Shown one piece after another: positions 1 through 12,869 of a stretch of DNA of 64,000 bases (positions within the stretch are counted from its first letter, which is position 1; the number at the start of each line of letters is the position of its first letter). The DNA lies in the NCBI GenBank assembly GCA_964016885.1, contig CAXHJY010000397.1, positions 1-64,000 on the forward strand, read 5' to 3'. The notes under the pieces are model-generated. The model saw only the letters and a program-made list of their open reading frames with translations, made no database searches and was not told where the DNA came from. The DNA is from Eledone cirrhosa (Eukaryota). The position numbers and the translations under genes are program-made.

Positions 1-2699
1 AGCTTAGCTTAGCTTAGCTTAGGATAGCTTAGCTTAGGATAGCTTAGGATAGCTTAGCTTAGGATAGCTTAGCTTAGGATAGCTTAGCTTAGCTTAGCTT
101 AGGATAGCTTAGCTTAGGATAGCTTAGGATAGCTTAGCTTAGGATAGCTTAGCTTAGGATAGCTTAGGATAGCTTAGCTTAGCTTAGCTTAGGATAGCTT
201 AGCTTAGCTTAGCTTAGGATAGCTTAGCTTAGCTTAGCTTAGGATAGCTTAGCTTAGCTTAGCTTAGGATAGCTTAGGATAGCTTAGCTTAGCTTAGCTT
301 AGCTTAGGATAGCTTAGCTTAGCTTAGCTTAGGATAGCTTAGCTTAGCTTAGCTTAGGATAGCTTAGCTTAGCTTAGCTTAGGATAGCTTAGCTTAGATT
401 AGCTTAGGATAGCTTAGCTTAGCTTAGCTTAGGATAGCTTAGGTTAGCTTAGGATAGCTTAGCTTAGGATAGCTTAGCTTAGGATAGCTTAGCTTAGGTT
501 AGCTTAGCTTAGCTTAGGATAGCTTAGGATAGCTTAGCTTAGGATAGCTTAGCTTAGCTTAGGATAGCTTAGCTTAGCTTAGGATAGCTTAGCTTAGCTT
601 AGCTTAGCTTAGGATAGCTTAGCTTAGGATAGCTTAGGATAGCTTAGCTTAGCTTAGGATAGCTTAGCTTAGCTTAGCTTAGGATAGCTTAGCTTAGCTT
701 AGCTTAGGATAGCTTAGGATAGCTTAGCTTAGCTTAGCTTAGGATAGCTTAGCTTAGCTTAGCTTAGGATAGCTTAGCTTAGCTTAGGATAGCTTAGCTT
801 AGCTTAGGATAGCTTAGCTTAGCTTAGCTTAGCTTAGGATAGCTTAGCTTAGCTTAGCTTAGGATAGCTTAGCTTAGCTTAGGATAGCTTAGCTTAGCTT
901 AGCTTAGGATAGCTTAGCTTAGCTTAGCTTAGGATAGCTTAGCTTAGCTTAGCTTAGGATAGCTTAGCTTAGCTTAGCTTAGGATAGCTTAGCTTAGCTT
1001 AGGATAGCTTAGCTTAGCTTAGGATAGCTTAGCTTAGCTTAGCTTAGCTTAGCTTAGGATAGCTTAGCTTAGCTTAGCTTAGGATAGCTTAGCTTAGCTT
1101 AGCTTAGGATAGCTTAGCTTAGCTTAGCTTAGGATAGCTTAGCTTAGCTTAGGATAGCTTAGCTTAGCTTAGCTTAGGATAGCTTAGCTTAGCTGAGCTT
1201 AGGATAGCTTAGGATAGCTTAGCTTAGGATAGCTTAGGATAGCTTACCTTAGGAGAGCTTAGCTTAGGAAAGCTTAGCTTAGGATAGCTTAGGATAGCTT
1301 AGCTTAGGATAGCTTAGCTTAGGATAGCTTAGCTTAGGATAGCTTAGGATAGCTTAGCTTAGCTTAGCTTAGGATAGCTTAGCTTAGCTTAGCTTAGGAT
1401 AGCTTAGCTTAGCTTAGCTTAGGATAGATTAGCTTAGCTTAGGATAGCTTAGCTTAGCTTAGCTTAGGAAAGCTTAGCTTAGCTTAGGATAGCTTAGTTT
1501 AGCTTAGCTTAGGAGAGCTTAGCTTAGCTTAGCTTAGGATAGCTTAGCTTAGCTTAGCTTAGGATAGCTTAGCTTAGCTTAGCTTAGGTAGCTTAGCTTA
1601 GCTTAGCTTAGGATAGCTTAGCTTAGCTTAGCTTAGCTTAGGTTAGCTTAGCTTAGCTTAGCTTAGGAGAGCTTAGCTTAGCTTAGCTTAGGATAGCTTA
1701 GGATAGCTTAGCTTAGGATAGCTTAGGATAGCTTACCTTAGGAGAGCTTAGCTTAGGATAGCTTAGCTTAGGATAGCTTAGGATAGCTTAGCTTAGGATA
1801 GCTTAGCTTAGGATAGCTTAGCTTAGGATAGCTTAGGATAGCTTAGCTTAGCTTAGCTTAGGATAGCTTAGCTTAGCTTAGCTTAGGATAGCTTAGCTTA
1901 GGTTAGCTTAGCTTAGCTTAGCTTAGCTTAGGATAGCTTAGCTTAGGATAGCTTAGGATAGCTTAGCTTAGGATAGCTTAGGATAGCTTAGCTTAGGAGA
2001 GCTTAGCTTAGGATAGCTTAGGATAGCTTAGCTTAGGATAGCTTAGGATAGCTTAGCTTAGGATAGCTTAGCTTAGGATAGCTTAGGATAGCTTAGCTTA
2101 GGATAGCTTAGGATAGCTTAGCTTAGGATAGCTTAGGAAAGCTTAGCTTAGCTTAGCTTAGGATAGCTTAGCTTAGCTTAGCTTAGGATAGCTTAGCTTA
2201 GCTTAGCTTAGGATAGCTTAGGATAGCTTAGCTTAGGATAGCTTAGGATAGCTTAGGATAGCTTAGCTTAGCTTAGCTTAGGATAGCTTAGCTTAGCTTA
2301 GCTTAGGATAGCTTAGCTTAGCTTAGCTTAGGATAGCTTAGCTTAGCTTAGGATAGCTTAGCTTAGCTTAGCTTAGGATAGCTTAGCTTAGCTTAGCTTA
2401 GGACAGCTTAGCTTAGCTTAGCTTAGGATAGCTTAGCTTAGCTTAGGATAGCTTAGCTTAGCTTAGCTTAGGATAGCTTAGCTTAGCTTAGCTTAGGATA
2501 GCTTAGCTTAGGATAGCTTAGCTTAGGATAGCTTAGCTTAGGTTAGCTTAGCTTAGCTTAGCTTAGGATAGCTTAGGATAGCTTAGCTTAGGATAGCTTA
2601 GCTTAGCTTAGCTTAGGATAGCTTAGCTTAGCTTAGCTTAGGATAGCTTAGCTTAGCTTAGCTTAGGATAGCTTAGCTTAGCTTAGCTTAGGATAGCTT

Positions 2700-5600
2700 A
2701 GGATAGCTTAGCTTAGCTTAGCTTAGGGTAGCTTAGCTTAGCTTAGCTTAGGATAGCTTAGCTTAGCTTAGGATAGCTTAGCTTAGGATAGCTTAGCTTA
2801 GCTTAGCTTAGGATAGCTTAGCTTAGCTTAGCTTAGGATAGCTTAGGATAGCTTAGGATAGCTTAGCTTAGCTTAGCTTAGGATAGCTTAGCTTAGCTTA
2901 GCTTAGGATAGCTTAGCTTAGCTTAGCTTAGGATAGCTTAGCTTAGCTTAGGATAGCTTAGCTTAGCTTAGCTTAGGATAGCTTAGCTTAGCTTAGCTTA
3001 GGATAGCTTAGCTTAGCTTAGCTTAGGATAGCTTAGCTTAGCTTAGGATAGCTTAGCTTAGCTTAGCTTAGGATAGCTTAGCTTAGGATAGCTTAGGATA
3101 GCTTAGCTTAGGATAGCTTAGCTTAGGATAGCTTAGGATAGCTTAGCTTAGCTTAGCTTAGGATAGCTTAGCTTAGCTTAGGATAGCTTAGCTTAGCTTA
3201 GCTTAGGATAGCTTAGCTTAGCTTAGCTTAGGATAGCTTAGCTTAGCTTAGGATAGCTTAGCTTAGCTTAGCTTAGGATAGCTTAGCTTAGCTTAGCTTA
3301 GGATAGCTTAGCTTAGCTTAGCTTAGGATAGCTTAGCTTAGGATAGCTTAGCTTAGGATAGCTTAGCTTAGGTTAGCTTAGCTTAGCTTAGCTTAGGATA
3401 GCTTAGGATAGCTTAGCTTAGGATAGCTTAGCTTAGCTTAGCTTAGGATAGCTTAGCTTAGCTTAGCTTAGGATAGCTTAGCTTAGGATAGCTTAGGATT
3501 GCTTAGCTTAGCTTAGCTTAGGATAGCTTAGCTTAGCTTAGCTTAGGATAGCTTAGCTTAGCTTAGGATAGCTTAGCTTAGCTTAGCTTAGGATAGCTTA
3601 GCTTAGCTTAGCTTAGGATAGCTTAGCTTAGCTTAGCTTAGGATAGCTTAGCTTAGCTTAGCTTAGGATAGCTTAGCTTAGCTTAGGATAGCTTAGCTTA
3701 GCTTAGCTTAGGATAGCTTAGCTTAGCTTAGGATAGCTTAGCTTAGCTTAGCTTAGGATAGCTTAGCTTAGCTTAGCTTAGGATAGCTTAGCTTAGCTTA
3801 GCTTAGGATAGCTTAGCTTAGCTTAGCTTAGGATAGCTTAGCTTAGCTTAGCTTAGGATAGATTAGCTTAGCTTAGGATAGCTTAGCTTAGCTTAGCTTA
3901 GGAAAGCTTAGCTTAGCTTAGGATAGCTTAGCTTAGCTTAGCTTAGGAGAGCTTAGCTTAGCTTAGCTTAGGATAGCTTAGCTTAGCTTAGCTTAGGATA
4001 GCTTAGCTTAGCTTAGGTAGCTTAGCTTAGCTTAGCTTAGGATAGCTTAGCTTAGCTTAGCTTAGCTTAGGATAGCTTAGCTTAGCTTAGCTTAGGAGAG
4101 CTTAGCTTAGCTTAGCTTAGGATAGCTTAGGATAGCTTAGCTTAGGATAGCTTAGGATAGCTTACCTTAGGAGAGCTTAGCTTAGGATAGCTTAGCTTAG
4201 GATAGCTTAGGATAGCTTAGCTTAGGATAGCTTAGCTTAGGATAGCTTAGCTTAGGATAGCTTAGGATAGCTTAGCTTAGCTTAGGATAGCTTAGCTTAG
4301 CTTAGCTTAGGATAGCTTAGCTTAGGTTAGCTTAGCTTAGCTTAGCTTAGCTTAGGATAGCTTAGCTTAGGATAGCTTAGGATAGCTTAGGATAGCTTAG
4401 CTTAGGATAGCTTAGCTTAGGATAGCTTAGGATAGCTTAGCTTAGGATAGCTTAGGATAGCTTAGCTTAGGATAGCTTAGCTTAGGATAGCTTAGGATAG
4501 CTTAGCTTAGCTTAGCTTAGGATAGCTTAGATTAGCTTAGCTTAGGATAGCTTAGCTTAGCTTAGCTTAGGATAGCTTAGCTTAGCTTAGCTTAGCTTAG
4601 GATAGCTTAGCTTAGCTTAGGATAGCTTAGCTTAGCTTAGGATAGCTTAGCTTAGCTTAGCTTAGGATAGCTTAGCTTAGCTTAGCTTAGGATAGCTTAG
4701 CTTAGCTTAGCTTAGGATAGCTTAGCTTAGCTTAGCTTAGGATAGCTTAGCTTAGCTTAGCTTAGGATAGCTTAGCTTAGCTTAGCTTAGGATAGCTTAG
4801 CTTAGCTTAGCTCAGGATAGCTTAGCTTAGGATAGCTTATCTTAGCTTAGCTTAGGATAGCTTAGCTTAGCTTAGCTTAGGATAGCTTATCTTAGCTTAG
4901 CTTAGGATAGCTTAGCTTAGCTTAGCTTAGGATAGCTTAGCTTAGCTTAGCTTAGGATAGCTTAGGATAGCTTAGCTTAGCTTAGCTTAGGGTAGCTTAG
5001 CTTAGCTTAGCTTAGGATAGCTTAGCTTAGCTTAGGATAGCTTAGCTTAGGATAGCTTAGCTTAGCTTAGCTTAGGATAGCTTAGCTTAGCTTAGCTTAG
5101 GATAGCTTAGGATAGCTTAGGATAGCTTAGCTTAGCTTAGCTTAGGATAGCTTAGCTTAGCTTAGCTTAGGATAGCTTAGCTTAGCTTAGCTTAGGATAG
5201 CTTAGCTTAGCTTAGGATAGCTTAGCTTAGCTTAGCTTAGGATAGCTTAGCTTAGCTTAGCTTAGGATAGCTTAGCTTAGCTTAGCTTAGGATAGCTTAG
5301 CTTAGCTTAGGATAGCTTAGCTTAGCTTAGCTTAGGATAGCTTAGCTTAGGATAGCTTAGGATAGCTTAGCTTAGGATAGCTTAGCTTAGGATAGCTTAG
5401 GATAGCTTAGCTTAGCTTAGCTTAGGATAGCTTAGCTTAGCTTAGGATAGCTTAGCTTAGCTTAGCTTAGGATAGCTTAGCTTAGCTTAGGATAGCTTAG
5501 CTTAGCTTAGGATAGCTTAGCTTAGCTTAGCTTAGGATAGCTTAGCTTAGCTTAGCTTAGGATAGCTTAGCTTAGCTTAGCTTAGGATAGCTTAGCTTAG

Positions 5601-7100
5601 GATAGCTTAGCTTAGGATAGCTTAGCTTAGGTTAGCTTAGCTTAGCTTAGCTTAGGATAGCTTAGGATAGCTTAGCTTAGGATAGCTTAGCTTAGCTTAG
5701 CTTAGGATAGCTTAGCTTAGCTTAGCTTAGGATAGCTTAGCTTAGGATAGCTTAGGATTGCTTAGCTTAGCTTAGCTTAGGATAGCTTAGCTTAGCTTAG
5801 CTTAGGATAGCTTAGCTTAGCTTAGGATAGCTTAGCTTAGCTTAGCTTAGGATAGCTTAGCTTAGCTTAGCTTAGGATAGCTTAGCTTAGCTTAGCTTAG
5901 GATAGCTTAGCTTAGCTTAGCTTAGGATAGCTTAGCTTAGCTTAGGATAGCTTAGCTTAGCTTAGCTTAGGATAGCTTAGCTTAGCTTAGGATAGCTTAG
6001 CTTAGCTTAGCTTAGGATAGCTTAGCTTAGCTTAGCTTAGGATAGCTTAGCTTAGCTTAGCTTAGGATAGCTTAGCTTAGCTTAGCTTAGGATAGCTTAG
6101 CTTAGCTTAGCTTAGGATAGATTAGCTTAGCTTAGGATAGCTTAGCTTAGCTTAGCTTAGGAAAGCTTAGCTTAGCTTAGGATAGCTTAGCTTAGCTTAG
6201 CTTAGGAGAGCTTAGCTTAGCTTAGCTTAGGATAGCTTAGCTTAGCTTAGCTTAGGATAGCTTAGCTTAGCTTAGGTAGCTTAGCTTAGCTTAGCTTAGG
6301 ATAGCTTAGCTTAGCTTAGCTTAGCTTAGGATAGCTTAGCTTAGCTTAGCTTAGGAGAGCTTAGCTTAGCTTAGCTTAGGATAGCTTAGGATAGCTTAGC
6401 TTAGGATAGCTTAGGATAGCTTACCTTAGGAGAGCTTAGCTTAGGATAGCTTAGCTTAGGATAGCTTAGGATAGCTTAGCTTAGGATAGCTTAGCTTAGG
6501 ATAGCTTAGCTTAGGATAGCTTAGGATAGCTTAGCTTAGCTTAGGATAGCTTAGCTTAGCTTAGCTTAGGATAGCTTAGCTTAGGTTAGCTTAGCTTAGC
6601 TTAGCTTAGCTTAGGATAGCTTAGCTTAGGATAGCTTAGGATAGCTTAGGATAGCTTAGCTTAGGATAGCTTAGCTTAGGATAGCTTAGGATAGCTTAGC
6701 TTAGGATAGCTTAGGATAGCTTAGCTTAGGATAGCTTAGCTTAGGATAGCTTAGGATAGCTTAGCTTAGCTTAGCTTAGGATAGCTTAGATTAGCTTAGC
6801 TTAGGATAGCTTAGCTTAGCTTAGCTTAGGATAGCTTAGCTTAGCTTAGCTTAGCTTAGGATAGCTTAGCTTAGCTTAGGATAGCTTAGCTTAGCTTAGG
6901 ATAGCTTAGCTTAGCTTAGCTTAGGATAGCTTAGCTTAGCTTAGCTTAGGATAGCTTAGCTTAGCTTAGCTTAGGATAGCTTAGCTTAGCTTAGCTTAGG
7001 ATAGCTTAGCTTAGCTTAGCTTAGGATAGCTTAGCTTAGCTTAGCTCAGGATAGCTTAGCTTAGGATAGCTTATCTTAGCTTAGCTTAGGATAGCTTAGC
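2700..7100. repeat. Tandem duplication of ~2.26 kb within the satellite
   Basis: Paired markers: AGGGT 2725/4989, TGCTT 3500/5759, AGGT 4015/6274, AGCTC 4809/7043 (offsets 2234-2264). Confidence 0.85.
3860..4328. repeat. Representative copy of variant 'cassette A' (18 copies in the window)
   Basis: Fixed order of variants: AGATT 3860, AGGAA 3900, AGGAG 3945, AGGT 4015, AGGAG 4094, ACCTT-AGGAG 4164, AGGTT 4324. The same order recurs around AGGT at 1586, 6274, 11546, 17573, 19722, 28564, 30598, 32997, 35166, 41279, 43073, 46727, 49111, 51250, 58398, 60882, 62676. Confidence 0.9.
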
Positions 7101-7949
7101 TTAGCTTAGCTTAGGATAGCTTAGCTTAGCTTAGCTTAGGATAGCTTAGCTTAGCTTGGCTTAGGATAGCTTAGCTTAGCTTAGCTTAGGATAGCCTAGC
7201 TTAGCTTAGCTTAGGATGGCTTAGCTTAGCTTAGCTTAGGATAGCTTAGCTTAGCTTAGCATAGGATAGCTTAGCTTAGTTTAGGATAGCTTAGCTTAGC
7301 TAAGCTTAGCTTAGGATAGCTTAGGATAGCTTAGCTTAGGATAGCTTAGGATAGCTTAGCTTAGGATAGCTTAGCTTAGGATAGCTTAGCTTAGGATAGC
7401 TTAGGATAGCTTAGCTTAGGATAGCTTAGGATAGCTTAGCTTAGGATAGCTTAGGATAGCTTAGCTTAGGATAGCTTAGCTTAGGATAGCTTAGGAAAGC
7501 TTAGCTTAGCTTAGCTTAGGATAGCTTAGCTTAGCTTAGCTTAGGATAGCTTAGCTTAGCTTAGCTTAGGATAGCTTAGGATAGCTTAGCTTAGGATAGC
7601 TTAGGATAGCTTAGATTAGGATAGCTTAGCTTAGGTTAGCTTAGCTTAGGATAGCTTAGGATAGCTTAGCTTAGGATAGCTTAGGATAGCTTAGCTTAGC
7701 TTAGCTTAGGATAGCTTAGCTTAGCTTAGCTTAGGATAGCTTAGCTTAGCTTAGCTTAGCTTAGGATAGCTTAGCTTAGCTTAGCTTAGGATAGCTTAGG
7801 ATAGCTTAGCTTAGGATAGTTTAGGATAGCTTAGGATAGCTTAGCTTAGGATAGCTTAGGATAGCTTAGCTTAGGATAGCTTAGCTTAGGATAGCTTAGC
7901 TTAGCTTAGCTTAGGATAGCTTAGCTTAGGATAGCTTAGGATAGCTTAG

Positions 7950-8850
7950 CTTAGGATAGCTTAGCTTAGGATAGCTTAGGATAGCTTAGCTTAGCTTAGC
8001 TTAGCTTAGCTTAGCTTAGGATAGCTTAGCTTAGCTTAGCTTAGGATAGCTTAGCTTAGCTTAGGATAGCTTAGCTTAGCTTAGCTTAGGTAGCTTAGCT
8101 TAGCTTAGCTTAGGATAGCTTAGCTTAGCTTAGCTTAGGATAGCTTAGCTTAGCTTAGCTTAGGATAGCTTAGCTTAGCTTAGCTTAGGATAGCTTAGCT
8201 TAGCTTAGCTTAGGATAGCTTAGCTTAGCTTAGCTTAGGTTAGCTTAGCTTAGGATAGCTTAGTTTAGGTTAGCTTAGCTTAGCTTAGCTTAGCATAGCT
8301 TAGGATAGCTTAGCTTAGGATAGCTTAGCTTAGCTTAGCTTAGGATAGCTTAGCTTAGATTAGCTTAGGATAGCTTAGCTTAGCTTAGCTTAGGATAGCT
8401 TAGCTTAGGATAGCTTAGGATAGCTTAGCTTAGCTTAGCTTAGCTTAGCTTAGCTTAGGATAGCTTAGCTTAGCTTAGCTTAGGATAGCTTAGCTTAGCT
8501 TAGGATAGCTTAGCTTAGCTTAGCTTAGGTAGCTTAGCTTAGCTTAGCTTAGGATAGCTTAGCTTAGCTTAGCTTAGGATAGCTTAGCTTAGCTTAGCTT
8601 AGGATAGCTTAGCTTAGCTTAGCTTAGGATAGCTTAGCTTAGCTTAGCTTAGGATAGCTTAGCTTAGCTTAGCTTAGGTTAGCTTAGCTTAGGATAGCTT
8701 AGTTTAGGTTAGCTTAGCTTAGCTTAGCTTAGCATAGCTTAGGATAGCTTAGCTTAGGATAGCTTAGCTTAGCTTAGCTTAGGATAGCTTAGCTTAGCTT
8801 AGCTTAGGATAGCTTAGCTTAGCTTAGCTTAGGATAGCTTAGCTTAGGAT
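7950..8850. repeat. Tandem duplication of 439 bp containing variant 'cassette B'
   Basis: (AGCTT)7 runs at 7983 and 8422, AGGT 8088/8527 and AGCAT 8292/8731 are all offset by 439 bp. A related doublet lies at AGGT 21601/22025 (424 bp). Confidence 0.85.
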
Positions 8851-11800
8851 AGCTTAGGATAGCTTAGCTTAGCTTAGCTTAGGATAGCTTAGCTTAGCTT
8901 AGCTTAGGATAGCTTAGCTTAGCTTAGGATAGCTTAGCTTAGCTTAGCTTAGGATAGCTTAGCTTAGCTTAGCTTAGGATAGCTTAGCTTAGCTTTGCTT
9001 AGGATAGCTTAGCTTAGCTTAGCTTAGGATAGCTTAGCTTAGCTTAGCTTAGGATAGCTTAGCTTAGCTTAGCTTAGGATAGCTTAGCTTAGCTTAGCTT
9101 AGGATAGCTTAGCTTAGCTTAGCTTAGGATAGCTTAGCTTAGCTTAGCTTAGGATCGCTTAGCTTAGCTTAGCTTAGGATAGCTTAGCTTAGCTTAGGAT
9201 AGCTTAGCTTAGCTTAGCTTAGGATAGCTTAGCTTAGCTTAGGATAGCTTAGGATAGCTTAGCTTAGGAGAGCTTAGCTTAGCTTAGCTTAGGATAGCTT
9301 AGCTTAGCTTAGCTTAGGATAGCTTAGCTTAACTTAGCTTAGGATAGCTTAGCTTAGCTTAGGATAGCTTAGCTTAGCTTAGCTTAGGATAGCTTAGCTT
9401 AGCTTAGCTTAGGATAGCTTAGCTTAGCTTAGCTTAGGATAGCTTAGGATAGCTTAGCTTAGGATAGCTTAGGATAGCTTACCTTAGGAGAGCTTAGCTT
9501 AGGATAGCTTAGCTTAGGATAGCTTAGGATAGCTTAGCTTAGGATAGCTTAGCTTAGGATAGCTTAGCTTAGGATAGCTTAGGATAGCTTAGCTTAGCTT
9601 AGCTTAGGATAGCTTAGCTTAGCTTAGACTAGGATAGCTTAGCTTAGCTTAGCTTAGGATAGCTTAGCTTAGCTTAGCTTAGGATAGCTTAGGATAGCTT
9701 AGCTTAGGATAGCTTAGGATAGCTTAGCTTAGGATAGCTTAGGATAGCTTAGCTTAGGATAGCTTAGGATAGCTTAGGATAGCTTAGCTTAGCTTAGCTT
9801 AGGATAGCTTAGCTTAGCTTAGCTTAGGATAGCTTAGCTTAGCTTAGCTTAGGATAGCTTAGCTTAGCTTAGGATAGCTTAGCTTAGCTTAGCTTAGGAT
9901 AGCTTAGCTTAGCTTAGCTTAGGACAGCTTAGCTTAGCTTAGCTTAGGATAGCTTAGCTTAGCTTAGGATAGCTTAGCTTAGCTTAGCTTAGGATAGCTT
10001 AGCTTAGCTTAGCTTAGGATAGCTTAGCTTAGGATAGCTTAGCTTAGGATAGCTTAGCTTAGGTTAGCTTAGCTTAGCTTAGCTTAGGATAGCTTAGGAT
10101 AGCTTAGCTTAGGATAGCTTAGCTTAGCTTAGCTTAGGATAGCTTAGCTTAGCTTAGCTTAGGATAGCTTAGCTTAGCTTAGCTTAGGATAGCTTAGCTT
10201 AGCTTAGCTTAGGATAGCTTAGGATAGCTTAGCTTAGCTTAGCTTAGGGTAGCTTAGCTTAGCTTAGCTTAGGATAGCTTAGCTTAGCTTAGGATAGCTT
10301 AGCTTAGCTTAGCTTAGGATAGCTTAGCTTAGCTTAGCTTAGGATAGCTTAGCTTAGCTTAGCTTAGGATAGCTTAGGATAGCTTAGGATAGCTTAGCTT
10401 AGCTTAGCTTAGGATAGCTTAGCTTAGCTTAGCTTAGGATAGCTTAGCTTAGCTTAGCTTAGGATAGCTTAGCTTAGCTTAGGATAGCTTAGCTTAGCTT
10501 AGCTTAGGATAGCTTAGCTTAGCTTAGCTTAGGATAGCTTAGCTTAGCTTAGCTTAGGATAGCTTAGCTTAGCTTAGGATAGCTTAGCTTAGCTTAGCTT
10601 AGGATAGCTTAGCTTAGGATAGCTTAGGATAGCTTAGCTTAGGATAGCTTAGCTTAGGATAGCTTAGGATAGCTTAGCTTAGCTTAGCTTAGGATAGCTT
10701 AGCTTAGCTTAGGATAGCTTAGCTTAGCTTAGCTTAGGATAGCTTAGCTTAGCTTAGCTTAGGATAGCTTAGCTTAGCTTAGGATAGCTTAGCTTAGCTT
10801 AGCTTAGGATAGCTTAGCTTAGCTTAGCTTAGGATAGCTTAGCTTAGCTTAGCTTAGGATAGCTTAGCTTAGGATAGCTTAGCTTAGGATAGCTTAGCTT
10901 AGGTTAGCTTAGCTTAGCTTAGCTTAGGATAGCTTAGGATAGCTTAGCTTAGGATAGCTTAGCTTAGCTTAGCTTAGGATAGCTTAGCTTAGCTTAGCTT
11001 AGGATAGCTTAGCTTAGGATAGCTTAGGATTGCTTAGCTTAGCTTAGCTTAGGATAGCTTAGCTTAGCTTAGCTTAGGATAGCTTAGCTTAGCTTAGGAT
11101 AGCTTAGCTTAGCTTAGCTTAGGATAGCTTAGCTTAGCTTAGCTTAGGATAGCTTAGCTTAGCTTAGCTTAGGATAGCTTAGCTTAGCTTAGCTTAGGAT
11201 AGCTTAGCTTAGCTTAGGATAGCTTAGCTTAGCTTAGCTTAGGATAGCTTAGCTTAGCTTAGGATAGCTTAGCTTAGCTTAGCTTAGGATAGCTTAGCTT
11301 AGCTTAGCTTAGGATAGCTTAGCTTAGCTTAGCTTAGGATAGCTTAGCTTAGCTTAGCTTAGGATAGCTTAGCTTAGCTTAGCTTAGGATAGATTAGCTT
11401 AGCTTAGGATAGCTTAGCTTAGCTTAGCTTAGGAAAGCTTAGCTTAGCTTAGGATAGCTTAGCTTAGCTTAGCTTAGGAGAGCTTAGCTTAGCTTAGCTT
11501 AGGATAGCTTAGCTTAGCTTAGCTTAGGATAGCTTAGCTTAGCTTAGGTAGCTTAGCTTAGCTTAGCTTAGGATAGCTTAGCTTAGCTTAGCTTAGCTTA
11601 GGATAGCTTAGCTTAGCTTAGCTTAGGAGAGCTTAGCTTAGCTTAGCTTAGGATAGCTTAGGATAGCTTAGCTTAGGATAGCTTAGGATAGCTTACCTTA
11701 GGAGAGCTTAGCTTAGGATAGCTTAGCTTAGGATAGCTTAGGATAGCTTAGCTTAGGATAGCTTAGCTTAGGATAGCTTAGCTTAGGATAGCTTAGGATA

Positions 11801-12869
11801 GCTTAGCTTAGCTTAGGATAGCTTAGCTTAGCTTAGCTTAGGATAGCTTAGCTTAGGTTAGCTTAGCTTAGCTTAGCTTAGCTTAGGATAGCTTAGCTTA
11901 GGATAGCTTAGGATAGCTTAGGATAGCTTAGCTTAGGATAGCTTAGCTTAGGATAGCTTAGGATAGCTTAGCTTAGGATAGCTTAGGATAGCTTAGCTTA
12001 GGATAGCTTAGCTTAGGATAGCTTAGGATAGCTTAGCTTAGCTTAGCTTAGGATAGCTTAGATTAGCTTAGCTTAGGATAGCTTAGCTTAGCTTAGCTTA
12101 GGATAGCTTAGCTTAGCTTAGCTTAGGATAGCTTAGCTTAGCTTAGGATAGCTTAGCTTAGCTTAGGATAGCTTAGCTTAGCTTAGCTTAGGATAGCTTA
12201 GCTTAGCTTAGCTTAGGATAGCTTAGCTTAGCTTAGCTTAGGATAGCTTAGCTTAGCTTAGCTTAGGATAGCTTAGCTTAGCTTAGCTTAGGATAGCTTA
12301 GCTTAGCTTAGCTTAGGATAGCTTAGCTTAGCTCAGCTCAGGATAGCTTAGCTTAGGATAGCTTATCTTAGCTTAGCTTAGGATAGCTTAGCTTAGCTTA
12401 GCTTAGGATAGCTTAGCTTAGCTTAGCTTAGGATAGCTTAGCTTAGCTTGGCTTAGGATAGCTTAGCTTAGCTTAGCTTAGGATAGCCTAGCTTAGCTTA
12501 GCTTAGGATGGCTTAGCTTAGCTTAGGATAGCTTAGCTTAGCTTAGCATAGGATAGCTTAGCTTAGTTTAGGATAGCTTAGCTTAGCTAAGCTTAGCTTA
12601 GGATAGCTTAGGATAGCTTAGCTTAGGATAGCTTAGGATAGCTTAGCTTAGGATAGCTTAGCTTAGGATAGCTTAGCTTAGGATAGCTTAGGATAGCTTA
12701 GCTTAGGATAGCTTAGGATAGCTTAGCTTAGGATAGCTTAGGATAGCTTAGCTTAGGATAGCTTAGCTTAGGATAGCTTAGGAAAGCTTAGCTTAGCTTA
12801 GCTTAGGATAGCTTAGCTTAGCTTAGCTTAGGATAGCTTAGCTTAGCTTAGCTTAGGATAGCTTAGGAT

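Noticed and set aside
4164-4173. AGGAG as a Shine-Dalgarno motif
   Set aside because: It is a single-base variant of AGGAT with no downstream start codon or ORF.
9626-9630. Singleton variants such as AGACT (9626), AGGAG-GGCTT (18427) and AGCGT (62436) as insertion footprints
   Set aside because: They are length-neutral with no target-site duplication or foreign sequence, and cannot be distinguished from recent mutations or base-call errors.
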